Positions 48,898 to 58,153 of a DNA stretch of 64,000 nucleotides are shown here, in pieces. The notes beneath the pieces were generated by a model. That model was given only the letters and a program-made list of their open reading frames with translations. It had not been told where the DNA came from and ran no database searches. The translations under genes and the position numbers were made by a program. Positions within the stretch are counted from its first letter, which is position 1; each line of letters starts with the position of its first letter. Source of the DNA: Eubacteriales bacterium (GTDB lineage Bacteria; Bacillota; Clostridia; Oscillospirales; JAAYXM01); NCBI GenBank assembly GCA_045649105.1, contig JAZRPG010000027.1, positions 16,798 through 80,797 of the forward strand, in the 5' to 3' direction.

Positions 48898-49731
48898 CTA
48901 TTTGGACAAATTGTTTCCGAGCTCATAAGCGCGGTCTATACAGCGTTTTACAAATTCGTCCGTGAATGCTTCAAAGCCAAATTCATCAAAAGCACTAAGC
49001 GCGGCAACTGTTGTTCCGCCAGGAGAAGAAACCTGCTGTATAAGCTCCTGAGGCGTTCTGTCACCTTTAAGAACGATTTTAGAAGCGCCCTCCATAGCAA
49101 CAGCGGAAAGCTTTAATGCGTCAGAATACGGTATGCCGAATCGCTCACCGGACAATGCCATTGCATTTAACATCCTAAAAAAGAATGCTGGACTTGAGCT
49201 GGACATTGGTATTGCCTCATTAATTTTATCTTCAGGAAGAACGAGAACTTCACCGGCTGCTTTAAATATGGAGAGTACGAGGTTAAACATTTCATCAGGA
49301 ACTTCATCAGATGATGCCACAACTGTCATTCCGCTAAGTATAAGCATTGGTGTATTCGGAAGAGTTCGTATTACAGGAACCGGGGCCTGAATTTTTGATT
49401 TGATATCCTCTGTTGAAATGCCGGCAGCTATAGACACGATACAATCGCTTTTTATGTGACCTGAAATTTCGGATAACACGGAATTGACAATTTGAGGTTT
49501 AACCGCAAGAAAAAGAAGTCCGCCCTTTTGAGCAAGTTCAATGTTGGAGCTGCATACATTAATGCCTTTTGACAAAAACAGAGCTTGGGATTTTTCACTC
49601 GGGTCATATACGGATATGTTGTTTTTTGGAACAATCCCTGCGGCGATAATCGCATCGATTATGGCGCCTGCCATATTGCCGCCGCCTATAAAAGAAATGT
49701 ATGGCTCGTTTGTCACTATTATTTCCTCCAT
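48898..49731 (-). CDS. proC: pyrroline-5-carboxylate reductase
   Basis: FIGGGNMAGAI NADP motif and SSPGGTTVAAL C-terminal motif. Confidence 0.92.
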   Translation of the reverse strand: MEEIIVTNEPYISFIGGGNMAGAIIDAIIAAGIVPKNNISVYDPSEKSQALFLSKGINVCSSNIELAQKGGLLFLAVKPQIVNSVLSEISGHIKSDCIVSIAAGISTEDIKSKIQAPVPVIRTLPNTPMLILSGMTVVASSDEVPDEMFNLVLSIFKAAGEVLVLPEDKINEAIPMSSSSPAFFFRMLNAMALSGERFGIPYSDALKLSAVAMEGASKIVLKGDRTPQELIQQVSSPGGTTVAALSAFDEFGFEAFTDEFVKRCIDRAYELGNNLSK

Positions 49732-49831
49732 GCTGATTTACATAATTCAATATAAATAAAATATACTCCAAAAACGCCTCAAATGCAAGTGTAACTTATG
49801 GTTACGCGACTTTTTTGTTAACATGCACAGA

Positions 49832-49859
49832 AAGTTATGTAAACAAGATTATGTAAACT
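49832..49859. other. dif-like 11-6-11 candidate Xer recombination site
   Basis: AAGTTATGTAA ACAAGA TTATGTAAACT. As I recall it, the right arm equals the XerD arm of B. subtilis dif. It also reads as a TTATGTAAAC direct repeat. Confidence 0.3.
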
Positions 49860-49876
49860 TTGTAAAATGGACAAGT

Positions 49877-49910
49877 AAAAAGCACACCTGTTGTATGTGT
49901 GCTTTTTTTT
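49877..49910. terminator. bidirectional intrinsic terminator downstream of dapB
   Basis: AAAAAGCACAC / GTGTGCTTTTT stem. Confidence 0.65.
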
Positions 49911-49999
49911 AATACTATATTTTGTTTTTTGTGTACGGACTTAAAATGTCAATATAAAAAACTAATAAAACGAAAATTTAGCAAATTACACAAATTTAA

Positions 50000-50770
50000 T
50001 CAGAGATTTACATAACGGGCGACAAGCTCGTTCATACTGTACTTCCCTGCCCTCTTAATCTCTGAAAGAAAGATAGCAGCCTTAACGGCACCGGAAGCAA
50101 ACACTTCTCTAGATTGTGCAGTGTGTTTTATTTCAATAACCTCGTCGCGGCCTGCAAAGACAACCTCGTGTTCACCAACAATTGTGCCGCCGCGTAATGA
50201 ATGCATTCCTATCTCGTTATAAGCACGCTTTGCACGCGTTGAGTGCCTGTCATATACCCTTTCAGACTGATAAGGAAGAGCTTCTTCAAGGGCTTCAGCT
50301 ATCATAATAGCAGTGCCGCTGGGGGCATCAAGCTTCTGGTTGTGGTGACGCTCTATAATTTCCACATCAAAGTTTTCGCCAAGTATTTGTGCTGCTCGTT
50401 TTGCGAGCATCATAAGAACATTTATGCCAAGAGACATATTTCCGGAGCGAAATACGGGAATATGTCCGGAGGCTTCGTCAACAAGCTTTAAGTCTTCATC
50501 AGAAAGGCCGGTTGTGCAAATGACGACAGGAAGCTTTCTTGAGGTGCAGAATTTGATTAGCCCCGGAAGTGCTTTGGGATTTGAGAAATCTATAACTACA
50601 TCAATATCCTCGTTTACACTGTCAAAGCTGTCGTACACAGGGTAATCAAATTTACACTCCGTAGAGATATCAACACCTGCGACGACTTTTGTTTCAGGGT
50701 TCTTGAGGCATATTTCGGAAATTACACGGCCCATGCGCCCATTACAACCTGAAAGAAGCAGTTTTATCAT
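50000..50770 (-). CDS. dapB: 4-hydroxy-tetrahydrodipicolinate reductase
   Basis: ERHHNQKLDAPSGTA signature. Confidence 0.95.
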   Translation of the reverse strand: MIKLLLSGCNGRMGRVISEICLKNPETKVVAGVDISTECKFDYPVYDSFDSVNEDIDVVIDFSNPKALPGLIKFCTSRKLPVVICTTGLSDEDLKLVDEASGHIPVFRSGNMSLGINVLMMLAKRAAQILGENFDVEIIERHHNQKLDAPSGTAIMIAEALEEALPYQSERVYDRHSTRAKRAYNEIGMHSLRGGTIVGEHEVVFAGRDEVIEIKHTAQSREVFASGAVKAAIFLSEIKRAGKYSMNELVARYVNL

Positions 50771-50783
50771 TGGTTTTCACATC

Positions 50784-51677
50784 CTAATCAGCCAGCTTTA
50801 TGCCGACTTTTTCCATAGATTTTTTAAGAAGCTGAACATTTTCAGGAGCCATCTCACAGAGAGGCATGCGTAAATACCCGTTATCAATACCCATAAGCTT
50901 CATAGCGGCTTTTACAGGTATCGGATTAACCTCTTTAAAGAGCATATTTGTTACATCCAGATGCTCAAGCTGAAGTTTTGTAGCAGCCTTAAAATCACCG
51001 TCAAGGCAAAGCTTGCACAGCTTTGATACAATATTGGGCAATATATTTGCCAACACGGAAATAACTCCCATTCCGCCCATTGCCATAAGCGGAACTACCT
51101 GGTCATCATTACCTGACCATACAAAGAGACTGTCTCCGCACTTATTTAAAGTTTCAGCAATCAGTGAAAAATCACCGCTGGCCTCCTTCACACCGTTAAT
51201 ATTTTCGTGCTTGGCAAGCTCAGCATAGGTGTCGGCCTTAAACGAAACACCGGTCCTTGACGGAACATTATACAGTATAATCGGAGTTTTTACTCTGTCT
51301 GCAATATATGTGTAGTGTTTGATGAGACCACTTTGCGTTGTTTTGTTATAGTACGGTGTCACCATAAGAAGTCCGTCAACACCGGCACTTTCGGCAAATT
51401 TACAGAGCTCAAGAGCATAGGCTGTATCGTTACTGCCTGTGCCGGCAAGAATCGGGACGCGCCCTGCAGCCTTTTTAACACTATACTCTATTACACGACA
51501 ATGCTCCTCATGTGAAAGCGTTGCGGACTCACCTGTAGTTCCGCAAACTGTTATTGCACTTATACCGTTGTTTATTTGGAATTCGATTAGCTCACCAAGC
51601 TTAGGCAGGTTAACCCCATCCTCTGTAAGTGGCGTAACTATAGCAACGTTTGCGCCTTTAAAAATAGGTTTCTTCAT
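50784..51677 (-). CDS. dapA: 4-hydroxy-tetrahydrodipicolinate synthase
   Basis: GTTGES and GVKEASG (Schiff-base Lys) motifs. Start is M37 of the track ORF, after GGAGGAAAAG. Confidence 0.95.
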   Translation of the reverse strand: MKKPIFKGANVAIVTPLTEDGVNLPKLGELIEFQINNGISAITVCGTTGESATLSHEEHCRVIEYSVKKAAGRVPILAGTGSNDTAYALELCKFAESAGVDGLLMVTPYYNKTTQSGLIKHYTYIADRVKTPIILYNVPSRTGVSFKADTYAELAKHENINGVKEASGDFSLIAETLNKCGDSLFVWSGNDDQVVPLMAMGGMGVISVLANILPNIVSKLCKLCLDGDFKAATKLQLEHLDVTNMLFKEVNPIPVKAAMKLMGIDNGYLRMPLCEMAPENVQLLKKSMEKVGIKLAD

Positions 51678-51702
51678 GGCAGCTTTTCCTCCCTGTTTCT
51701 GA

Positions 51703-52782
51703 TTAATCAATATACCCCTCTGCGCACAGAAGTTCCGCGAGTAATACGGCTCCTCCCGCAGCGCCTCTGAGAGTGTTGTGTGCAAGGCATATAAACTTTA
51801 CATCATACTGGCTGTCCGGACGGAGTCTGCCTATAGAAACGCCCATACCATTTTCTAAATTGCGTTCAAACTTGGTCTGAGGTCTGTCATTCTCAGCGAA
51901 ATAATGTAAAAACTGCTTAGGAGCAGTAGGCAATTTGAGTTCCTGCGGACGCCCGCTGTAGTTAGTCCAACGGTTAATGATCTCATCAATATCTGCTTTT
52001 TTCTCGAATGATGCAAATACTGCAGCCATGTGACCGTCCGTAACCGGGACGCGTATGCATTGGGCGGTGATAGACGGAGATGTTGCCGTCTCTATAATAC
52101 CGTTTTTTACGGTTCCCCAGATCTTAAGAGGTTCGCGCTCGGACTTTTCTTCCTCGCCACCAATATACGGAATCACGTTATCTACCATTTCAGGCCAGCG
52201 CTCAAAAGTCTTTCCGGCACCTGATATTGCCTGATAGGTGCAGGCTAAAACCTTGGTAATTCCTAAATCCTTTATTGCGTTAAGAGCAGGAACATATCCC
52301 TGAATTGAGCAATTTGATTTGACAGCAATGAAGCCACGCTTTGTACCGAGACGCTTCCTTTGCGATGAGATGACCTCCAGGTGTTCAGGGTTAACCTCCG
52401 GTATAATCATCGGTACATCGGGAGTCCACCTGTGAGCACTGTTGTTTGATACAACAGGGCACTCTGCCTTTGCATAGAGCTCCTCGAGTGCGCGGAGCTC
52501 ATCCTTCGGCATATCTACAGCACAAAAAACAAAATCGACCATGGAGGCAATTTTTGAAACATCCTCTTTGGCATCAAGAACAACGAGCTTTTTCATTTTT
52601 TCCGGAATAGGAGCTGTCATTGCCCATCTTCCGCCGAGAGCTTCTTCATATGTTTTATTTGCGGAGCGACCGCTTGCGGCGATTGCTTTTACTTCAAACC
52701 ACGGATGGTTTTCAAGCAAAGTTGCAAAACGCTGCCCTACCATACCGGTACATCCTATGATACCTACATTATACTTTTTCAT
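51703..52782 (-). CDS. asd: aspartate-semialdehyde dehydrogenase
   Basis: GCTGMVGQR NADP motif, SNCS active-site Cys and VPVTDGH. Confidence 0.93.
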   Translation of the reverse strand: MKKYNVGIIGCTGMVGQRFATLLENHPWFEVKAIAASGRSANKTYEEALGGRWAMTAPIPEKMKKLVVLDAKEDVSKIASMVDFVFCAVDMPKDELRALEELYAKAECPVVSNNSAHRWTPDVPMIIPEVNPEHLEVISSQRKRLGTKRGFIAVKSNCSIQGYVPALNAIKDLGITKVLACTYQAISGAGKTFERWPEMVDNVIPYIGGEEEKSEREPLKIWGTVKNGIIETATSPSITAQCIRVPVTDGHMAAVFASFEKKADIDEIINRWTNYSGRPQELKLPTAPKQFLHYFAENDRPQTKFERNLENGMGVSIGRLRPDSQYDVKFICLAHNTLRGAAGGAVLLAELLCAEGYID

Positions 52783-52859
52783 AACAACCTCCGAAATATT
52801 GCCTTTACCTTATATTTTATGCAGAGCGTTTTTGTGTGTTTACTGCAAATAATTGCATA

Positions 52860-52888
52860 TTGAAAAAAACGCCATGCTGTAATATAAT
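52860..52888 (+). promoter_or_regulatory. putative queA-tgt promoter
   Basis: TTGAAA, 17 nt, TATAAT. Confidence 0.55.
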
Positions 52889-52982
52889 TAAAAGAAACTA
52901 CTTTAATAAATAATAACACGCAGCAACATGTAATGTCAACAATTTAGCTGTGAAAAAACGACATAATACAAAGGAAAATAGT

Positions 52983-54005
52983 ATGAAAAAGTCAGATTTT
53001 AGTTTTGAGTTACCGGAGGAACTTATTGCGCAGACTCCTGTTAAAAAGCGCGATTCTTCAAGACTCCTTGCTTTAAAGAAAGATACAGGTGTTGTATCGC
53101 ATCATCACTTTTGCGATGTTTTGGATTTCCTTAAACCGGGTGATTGTCTTGTACTTAATGATTCAAAGGTAATCCCTGCCCGCTTATTCGGCGAGAGAAA
53201 AACCGGTGGTGCGGTGGAGGTTCTTCTTCTTAAAAACATATCGGGAAACTTATGGGAAACGTTGACGCGTCCCGGCAGAAAAACAAAGCCGGGCGAGGAA
53301 ATATATTTTAATAACGGGCTTCTTCGTGCTGTCGTCCGTGAAGAAGCTGAAGACGGAAAACGTATTGTTGAGTTTTTCTATGACGGGGTTTTTCTCGAGA
53401 TTCTGGAAAAAATCGGTCAGATGCCTCTACCTCCATACATACACGAGAGGCTTGAAAATCCGGATCGCTACCAAACTGTTTACTCAAAAAATATCGGCTC
53501 TTCTGCGGCACCTACTGCAGGTCTGCATTTTACTGATGATCTTCTTGATGCAATAAGAAAAAAAGGTATAAATATTGCATTTGTAACGCTTCATGTAGGG
53601 CTTGGTACATTCAGGCCGGTAAAGGCAGATGATATCAGGGACCATATAATGCATTCGGAGTATTATGAAATCCCGGAAGAGTCTAAAAAAATAATAGAAA
53701 AAACGAAGCGCGCAGGCGGAAGGGTTATAGCAGTCGGAACAACTTCATGCAGAACTCTTGAGTCAGCATTTTCAGAAAGCGGAGAAATTGAAAAGCCGTT
53801 TGGTGATACAAGTATATTTATTTATCCGGGCTATAAATTCAAAGCTGTCGATGCATTGATTACAAATTTCCATCTCCCCGAAAGTACGCTTATAATGCTC
53901 GTCTCTGCACTTGCCGGGCGCACTAATGTTTTGAATGCATACAAAATTGCAATAGAAGAAAAATATCGTTTTTTCAGCTTCGGCGATGCAATGTTCATAT
54001 ATTAA
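52983..54005 (+). CDS. queA: S-adenosylmethionine:tRNA ribosyltransferase-isomerase
   Basis: [13 protein letters not shown]-terminus, PLPPYI and [10 protein letters not shown] motifs. Start is M12 of the track ORF. Confidence 0.95.
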   Translation: MKKSDFSFELPEELIAQTPVKKRDSSRLLALKKDTGVVSHHHFCDVLDFLKPGDCLVLNDSKVIPARLFGERKTGGAVEVLLLKNISGNLWETLTRPGRKTKPGEEIYFNNGLLRAVVREEAEDGKRIVEFFYDGVFLEILEKIGQMPLPPYIHERLENPDRYQTVYSKNIGSSAAPTAGLHFTDDLLDAIRKKGINIAFVTLHVGLGTFRPVKADDIRDHIMHSEYYEIPEESKKIIEKTKRAGGRVIAVGTTSCRTLESAFSESGEIEKPFGDTSIFIYPGYKFKAVDALITNFHLPESTLIMLVSALAGRTNVLNAYKIAIEEKYRFFSFGDAMFIY

Positions 54006-54019
54006 GTGAGGTAAAATCC

Positions 54020-55150
54020 ATGTTTGAAATAAAACTAAAATCCCAAAAAGCACGGCGAGGTGTTTTCAAAACACCTCACGGTGAGATACAGACGCCTGTT
54101 TTTATGAATGTTGCAACTCAAGGAGCAATAAAAGGCGGACTCTCGGCACTTGATTTAAAAAATATATCTTGCAAAACCGCGCTTTCCAATACATATCATC
54201 TTCACCTTCGTCCCGGCGAGGATATTGTAAAGAAAATGGGCGGGCTTCACAAGTTTATGATGTGGGACGGTCCGATTCTTACTGACAGTGGCGGGTTCCA
54301 GGTGTTTTCACTGGCATCTCTTCGCAATATTGAAGAAGAAGGTGTTACATTTGCGTCTCATATAGACGGACGGAAAATATTTATGTCTCCTGAAATATCA
54401 ATGCAGATACAGTCGGCTCTCGGTTCTGATATTGCAATGGCCTTTGACGAGTGTGTGGAAAATCCGTCACCGTATGAATATGTAAAAAATTCCTGCGAGA
54501 GAACAACGCGTTGGCTTGCGCGATGCAAAACTGAGCTTGAAAGACTAAACAGCGCAGATGACTGCGTTAACCCCGGTCAGATGCTCTTTGGAATCAATCA
54601 GGGCGGAACATATGAGGACTTAAGAATAAAGCATATGCTCGAGATCAGCAAGCTTGATTTACCGGGTTATGCAATAGGCGGACTTGCTGTAGGAGAAAGT
54701 ACCGAAGATATGTACAGGATTATAGATGCAGTTGAGCCATACATGCCCGAGGACAAGCCGAGATATCTTATGGGTGTCGGCACACCTACAAATATAATTG
54801 AAGGTGTGGCGCGCGGTATTGACTTTTTTGATTGCGTCCTCCCTGCCAGAAATGCACGACACGGACATCTTTTTACGGAATGTGGCTGTATTAATATAAA
54901 TAATGAAAAATATAAAGATGACCCGCTCCCGATTGATCCTGAATGCGACTGCCCTGTCTGCAGGACATATTCACGCGCTTATATAAGACATCTTATACGC
55001 GCAAAGGAAATGCTTGCTATGCGCCTGTGCGTAATGCATAATCTTTATTTCTATAATAAGCTCGCAGAGAGAATTAGAACTGCCCTTGATAAGGGAGAGT
55101 TTGATGCGTTCAGAGAAACTTACTCAGGAAAATTCGACAAAAGAATATAA
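54020..55150 (+). CDS. tgt: queuine tRNA-ribosyltransferase
   Basis: LTDSGGFQ motif and the zinc site CDCPVC...H. Confidence 0.96.
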   Translation: MFEIKLKSQKARRGVFKTPHGEIQTPVFMNVATQGAIKGGLSALDLKNISCKTALSNTYHLHLRPGEDIVKKMGGLHKFMMWDGPILTDSGGFQVFSLASLRNIEEEGVTFASHIDGRKIFMSPEISMQIQSALGSDIAMAFDECVENPSPYEYVKNSCERTTRWLARCKTELERLNSADDCVNPGQMLFGINQGGTYEDLRIKHMLEISKLDLPGYAIGGLAVGESTEDMYRIIDAVEPYMPEDKPRYLMGVGTPTNIIEGVARGIDFFDCVLPARNARHGHLFTECGCININNEKYKDDPLPIDPECDCPVCRTYSRAYIRHLIRAKEMLAMRLCVMHNLYFYNKLAERIRTALDKGEFDAFRETYSGKFDKRI

Positions 55151-55168
55151 ATTTCATAAAGAAAGGAT

Positions 55169-56863
55169 ATGTGCAAGTTGAAAAAGCTATTAATCGCTTT
55201 TGTTATATCTACATTTTTTATTCTTGCGGCACATGCAGCGCCTGATGCAAACCCGACAGTTCGTGTCGGTCTTTATTACAACAAAAATGCGCTCCCGTCC
55301 GCAAATTTGCAAAATATTGACGGGCTCGGCTATAGATTTGGCTTTTTTGACTCTACGCATAACTTTATTTCACAGTTTTCCATATCCGACAAAAATCGCA
55401 TAAGCATGCTTAAGGATATGAATATGTACTATTATGATGGTGTTTTTTACGAGTCCGGACAGCCTTCCGGTAGCAAATTTATCGGTGCATATCATCTCCA
55501 GCTTGACACATCGTACAGCACGCAGGACGAGGCAAAATCTATGGCCTCTTCTCTGAAAATGCAAGGTATTCCGGCGTTTGTCGCCGTTTCGGCAAATACA
55601 TACAGAATCCGTATCGGTTCGTACGCCTCATTGACAGAGGCTCTTCCTGACACAATGAAGTATCTCAGTGTAGGAACGACAAGTGTTGTCGGTGCTTCTG
55701 CACAGTGTGTAACGGTTGTTGATACCTCTGACGGAACAATTTTCTTTGAATACGACAACAAGACAAGCCTTGGTGTGTACCCGTCTCTCGGCGAGGTCTC
55801 TATGCCTCTTACTTGGTTTAAGGGCTATAAATATTACGGTGGTTTTCAGTATATACGCGACACGGGAAACATATCTGTCATAAACTTCGTTCCCATGCAG
55901 CAGTATGTAATGGGTGTAATTCCGTATGAAATGTCGCCCAAATGGCCTATTGAGGCACTTAAGGCACAGGCAATGTGCGCGAGAACATATGCACTTTATA
56001 ATTACGGAAAACACGGGAAGGATTTTGATGTATGCGCTACTACCGACTGTCAGGTCTATAGCGGCGCAGGCTCTGCTACGGAAAACTCAAACCGTGCAGT
56101 AGACGAAACATACGGAGCATATATACTGTATGACGGAAAGCCGATAAATGCAGTTTTTCACTCATCCGACGGCGGTGCCACGGAGGATTCCGAAAATGTA
56201 TGGTCTGCAGCACTCCCCTACCTCAGAGGTGTTTATGACTCGAATGAGGATTTGGACAGCTCAATAAACGGAAGATGGTCATATGATTATTCTCCGCAGG
56301 AGCTCACATATATACTTAATTCAAAAGGATATGAGTGTGGCCTTATTGCAGACATGTATGTAAAAGAATTTACTGCAATGGGTAATGTAAAGACACTTAC
56401 AGTTGTAGATATCAACGGAAAGGTGATGAATTTTTCCAAAGAACGCGCAAGAACAATACTTTACAGCTCAACATATAAAAAGTATACACACAGCCAGAGA
56501 TATACCGTAACAAAAACAGGAGCGGGCTCTGACGCTTCAAAAAAACTGTATATTAATGGCGGTGGCAGTGTAGACCTTATGTTTGATACGGTATTTGCCG
56601 TCGGAAATGGTGGCATAGTATCGCGCCTTACTGATAAAAACATCTCGATAATAACGGCAACGGGTAAAACCACCTTTGGTGAGGATTCAAGAACATCCGC
56701 GACGTCCGGCCCCACTGTATTCAGAGTATCCGGAACAGGCTGGGGACATAATGTCGGTATGAGTCAGAACGGTGCAAAGGCACTTGCACTGGCGGGAAAA
56801 ACGGCAGAAGAGATAATCAATTTTTATTACACCGATGTAGATATTTATAAGGCAACTTATTAA
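55169..56863 (+). CDS. SpoIID/LytB-domain protein with an N-terminal SPOR-like domain
   Basis: EALKAQAMCARTYAL and FHSSDGGATE motifs of SpoIID, plus a signal/anchor sequence. TTG 55178 is a possible alternative start on SD spacing. Confidence 0.8.
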   Translation: MCKLKKLLIAFVISTFFILAAHAAPDANPTVRVGLYYNKNALPSANLQNIDGLGYRFGFFDSTHNFISQFSISDKNRISMLKDMNMYYYDGVFYESGQPSGSKFIGAYHLQLDTSYSTQDEAKSMASSLKMQGIPAFVAVSANTYRIRIGSYASLTEALPDTMKYLSVGTTSVVGASAQCVTVVDTSDGTIFFEYDNKTSLGVYPSLGEVSMPLTWFKGYKYYGGFQYIRDTGNISVINFVPMQQYVMGVIPYEMSPKWPIEALKAQAMCARTYALYNYGKHGKDFDVCATTDCQVYSGAGSATENSNRAVDETYGAYILYDGKPINAVFHSSDGGATEDSENVWSAALPYLRGVYDSNEDLDSSINGRWSYDYSPQELTYILNSKGYECGLIADMYVKEFTAMGNVKTLTVVDINGKVMNFSKERARTILYSSTYKKYTHSQRYTVTKTGAGSDASKKLYINGGGSVDLMFDTVFAVGNGGIVSRLTDKNISIITATGKTTFGEDSRTSATSGPTVFRVSGTGWGHNVGMSQNGAKALALAGKTAEEIINFYYTDVDIYKATY

Positions 56864-56977
56864 ATTGTAAATTTCTTCTTGGCTATTGCATTTTAACCTA
56901 AATACTGGTAATATATATGTATGTGATTTTGTATGTCATATCACACGAAAAATATTGACATTGAGAGGATGTACCCA

Positions 56978-57409
56978 ATGAACAAAAAACGTATTCTTTC
57001 ATTTATTGCAGTAGTTATGGTTCTTTTGTCAATGCTTCCAATGGCTTTTGCAGCTCCGGAGGTTGCCGGTGACGCAGCTAATGGTGAACCTCTTCCCTGG
57101 TATGCGGCTTCCGGTATTATACAGTTTGCGCCGATAGTTATCATGGTGCTTGTGTTTTACTTTTTCCTCATTCGTCCTGAGAATAAGAGAAAAAAGGAAA
57201 CCGCTCAGATGCGTGATTCTCTGAAGGTCGGCGACAAGGTTGTTACAATCGGAGGTATCATAGGTCGCATTGTCAAGGTTAAGGACGATGAGATTTTCCT
57301 CGAGACAAGCACAGACAAAAATAAATTGGTATTTAAAAAATGGGCAATAAGCAGTGTTGAAAAAGCTGCTGAAAAAGCTCCGGAGAAGGAATCTGAAGAC
57401 GCCGAATAA
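56978..57409 (+). CDS. yajC: preprotein translocase subunit YajC
   Basis: FYFFLIRPENKRKKE...LKVGDKVVTIGGIIGRIVKV signature. Start is M16 of the track ORF. Confidence 0.88.
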   Translation: MNKKRILSFIAVVMVLLSMLPMAFAAPEVAGDAANGEPLPWYAASGIIQFAPIVIMVLVFYFFLIRPENKRKKETAQMRDSLKVGDKVVTIGGIIGRIVKVKDDEIFLETSTDKNKLVFKKWAISSVEKAAEKAPEKESEDAE

Positions 57410-57487
57410 TCATTCTGATTAATTTCGCATTAATCTTACCCCTGCCGAATATTAATATAACAGATATTTTTCGGGGGTGGATTAAAA

Positions 57488-57892
57488 ATGAACAAAAAAG
57501 AGGATTCCGTCAGAGCTACATCACCTGCACCGATTTTATTTTTGGTATATTGTGCATTCGGCCTCATTTTAAGCATTGTGTTGTCCTTTGTGACAGCTAT
57601 GCTTATTTCTGCCGAGACGCTCCCCGCTTCCGCTGTTGAAGCTGTTGCGTACATCAGTGCATTTATTGGTGCATTTTTTGCAAGTTTTATTTCTGCCAAA
57701 AAATTCGGGAGAGCTATTCTTTCTGCATTACTTCAAGGCTTAATCTTTTTTGCGGCACTTTATCTTACGGGTGCTATATTTTTTGGAAGATTAATGCCGG
57801 GCAGCGCTTCCCTAGGGGTATTTCTTGCGTGCTTGTTTGGCTCTGTATTTTCAGGTATGCTCGCTGCCTGCGGTAAAAAACGCAGGCGCTGA
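57488..57892 (+). CDS. small polytopic membrane protein, possibly TIGR04086/YrzE-like
   Basis: 134 aa with 4 TM helices and GGGGTGG as SD. Confidence 0.5.
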   Translation: MNKKEDSVRATSPAPILFLVYCAFGLILSIVLSFVTAMLISAETLPASAVEAVAYISAFIGAFFASFISAKKFGRAILSALLQGLIFFAALYLTGAIFFGRLMPGSASLGVFLACLFGSVFSGMLAACGKKRRR

Positions 57893-57928
57893 GATAAAAA
57901 CATCTTATCTACGAAAGGAAAATTTACA

Positions 57929-58075
57929 ATGGAACACATTAAGACAATCAGTAAAGCTGTTTTAAAGAAGAGCGCAGCTCATGGCGGTTGCGGAGAGTGC
58001 CAGACATCATGCCAGTCTGCATGCAAAACATCTTGCACGGTTGCGAACCAGAAATGTGAGCGGAATAAAGACTAA
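57929..58075 (+). CDS. scfA: SCIFF (six-cysteine) ranthipeptide precursor, 48 aa; not in the supplied ORF track
   Basis: My own translation gives MEHIKTISKAVLKKSAAHGGCGECQTSCQSACKTSCTVANQKCERNKD, which contains the SCIFF core GGCGECQTSCQSACKTSCTV. An AAAGGAA SD lies upstream and the maturase gene follows immediately downstream. Confidence 0.9.
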   Translation: MEHIKTISKAVLKKSAAHGGCGECQTSCQSACKTSCTVANQKCERNKD

Positions 58076-58092
58076 TTTTCTGTTCAGACATG

Positions 58093-58127
58093 AAACGGAT
58101 TGTTGCTTTGCGACAGTCCGTTTTAAT
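58093..58127 (+). terminator. intrinsic terminator/attenuator between scfA and scfB
   Basis: AAACGGATTGTTGC TTT GCGACAGTCCGTTT forms a ~14-bp stem followed by TTTAATT. Confidence 0.65.
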
Positions 58128-58153
58128 TAGTCTTATATCATGGAGGATTTTTA

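Noticed and set aside
52783-52950. Possible lysine riboswitch (L-box) upstream of asd-dapA-dapB.
   Set aside because: Only about 165 bp are shared with the divergent queA promoter. The minus-strand leader after the putative promoter (TTGACA...TATTAT) is ~110 nt, AT-rich and without recognisable L-box elements.
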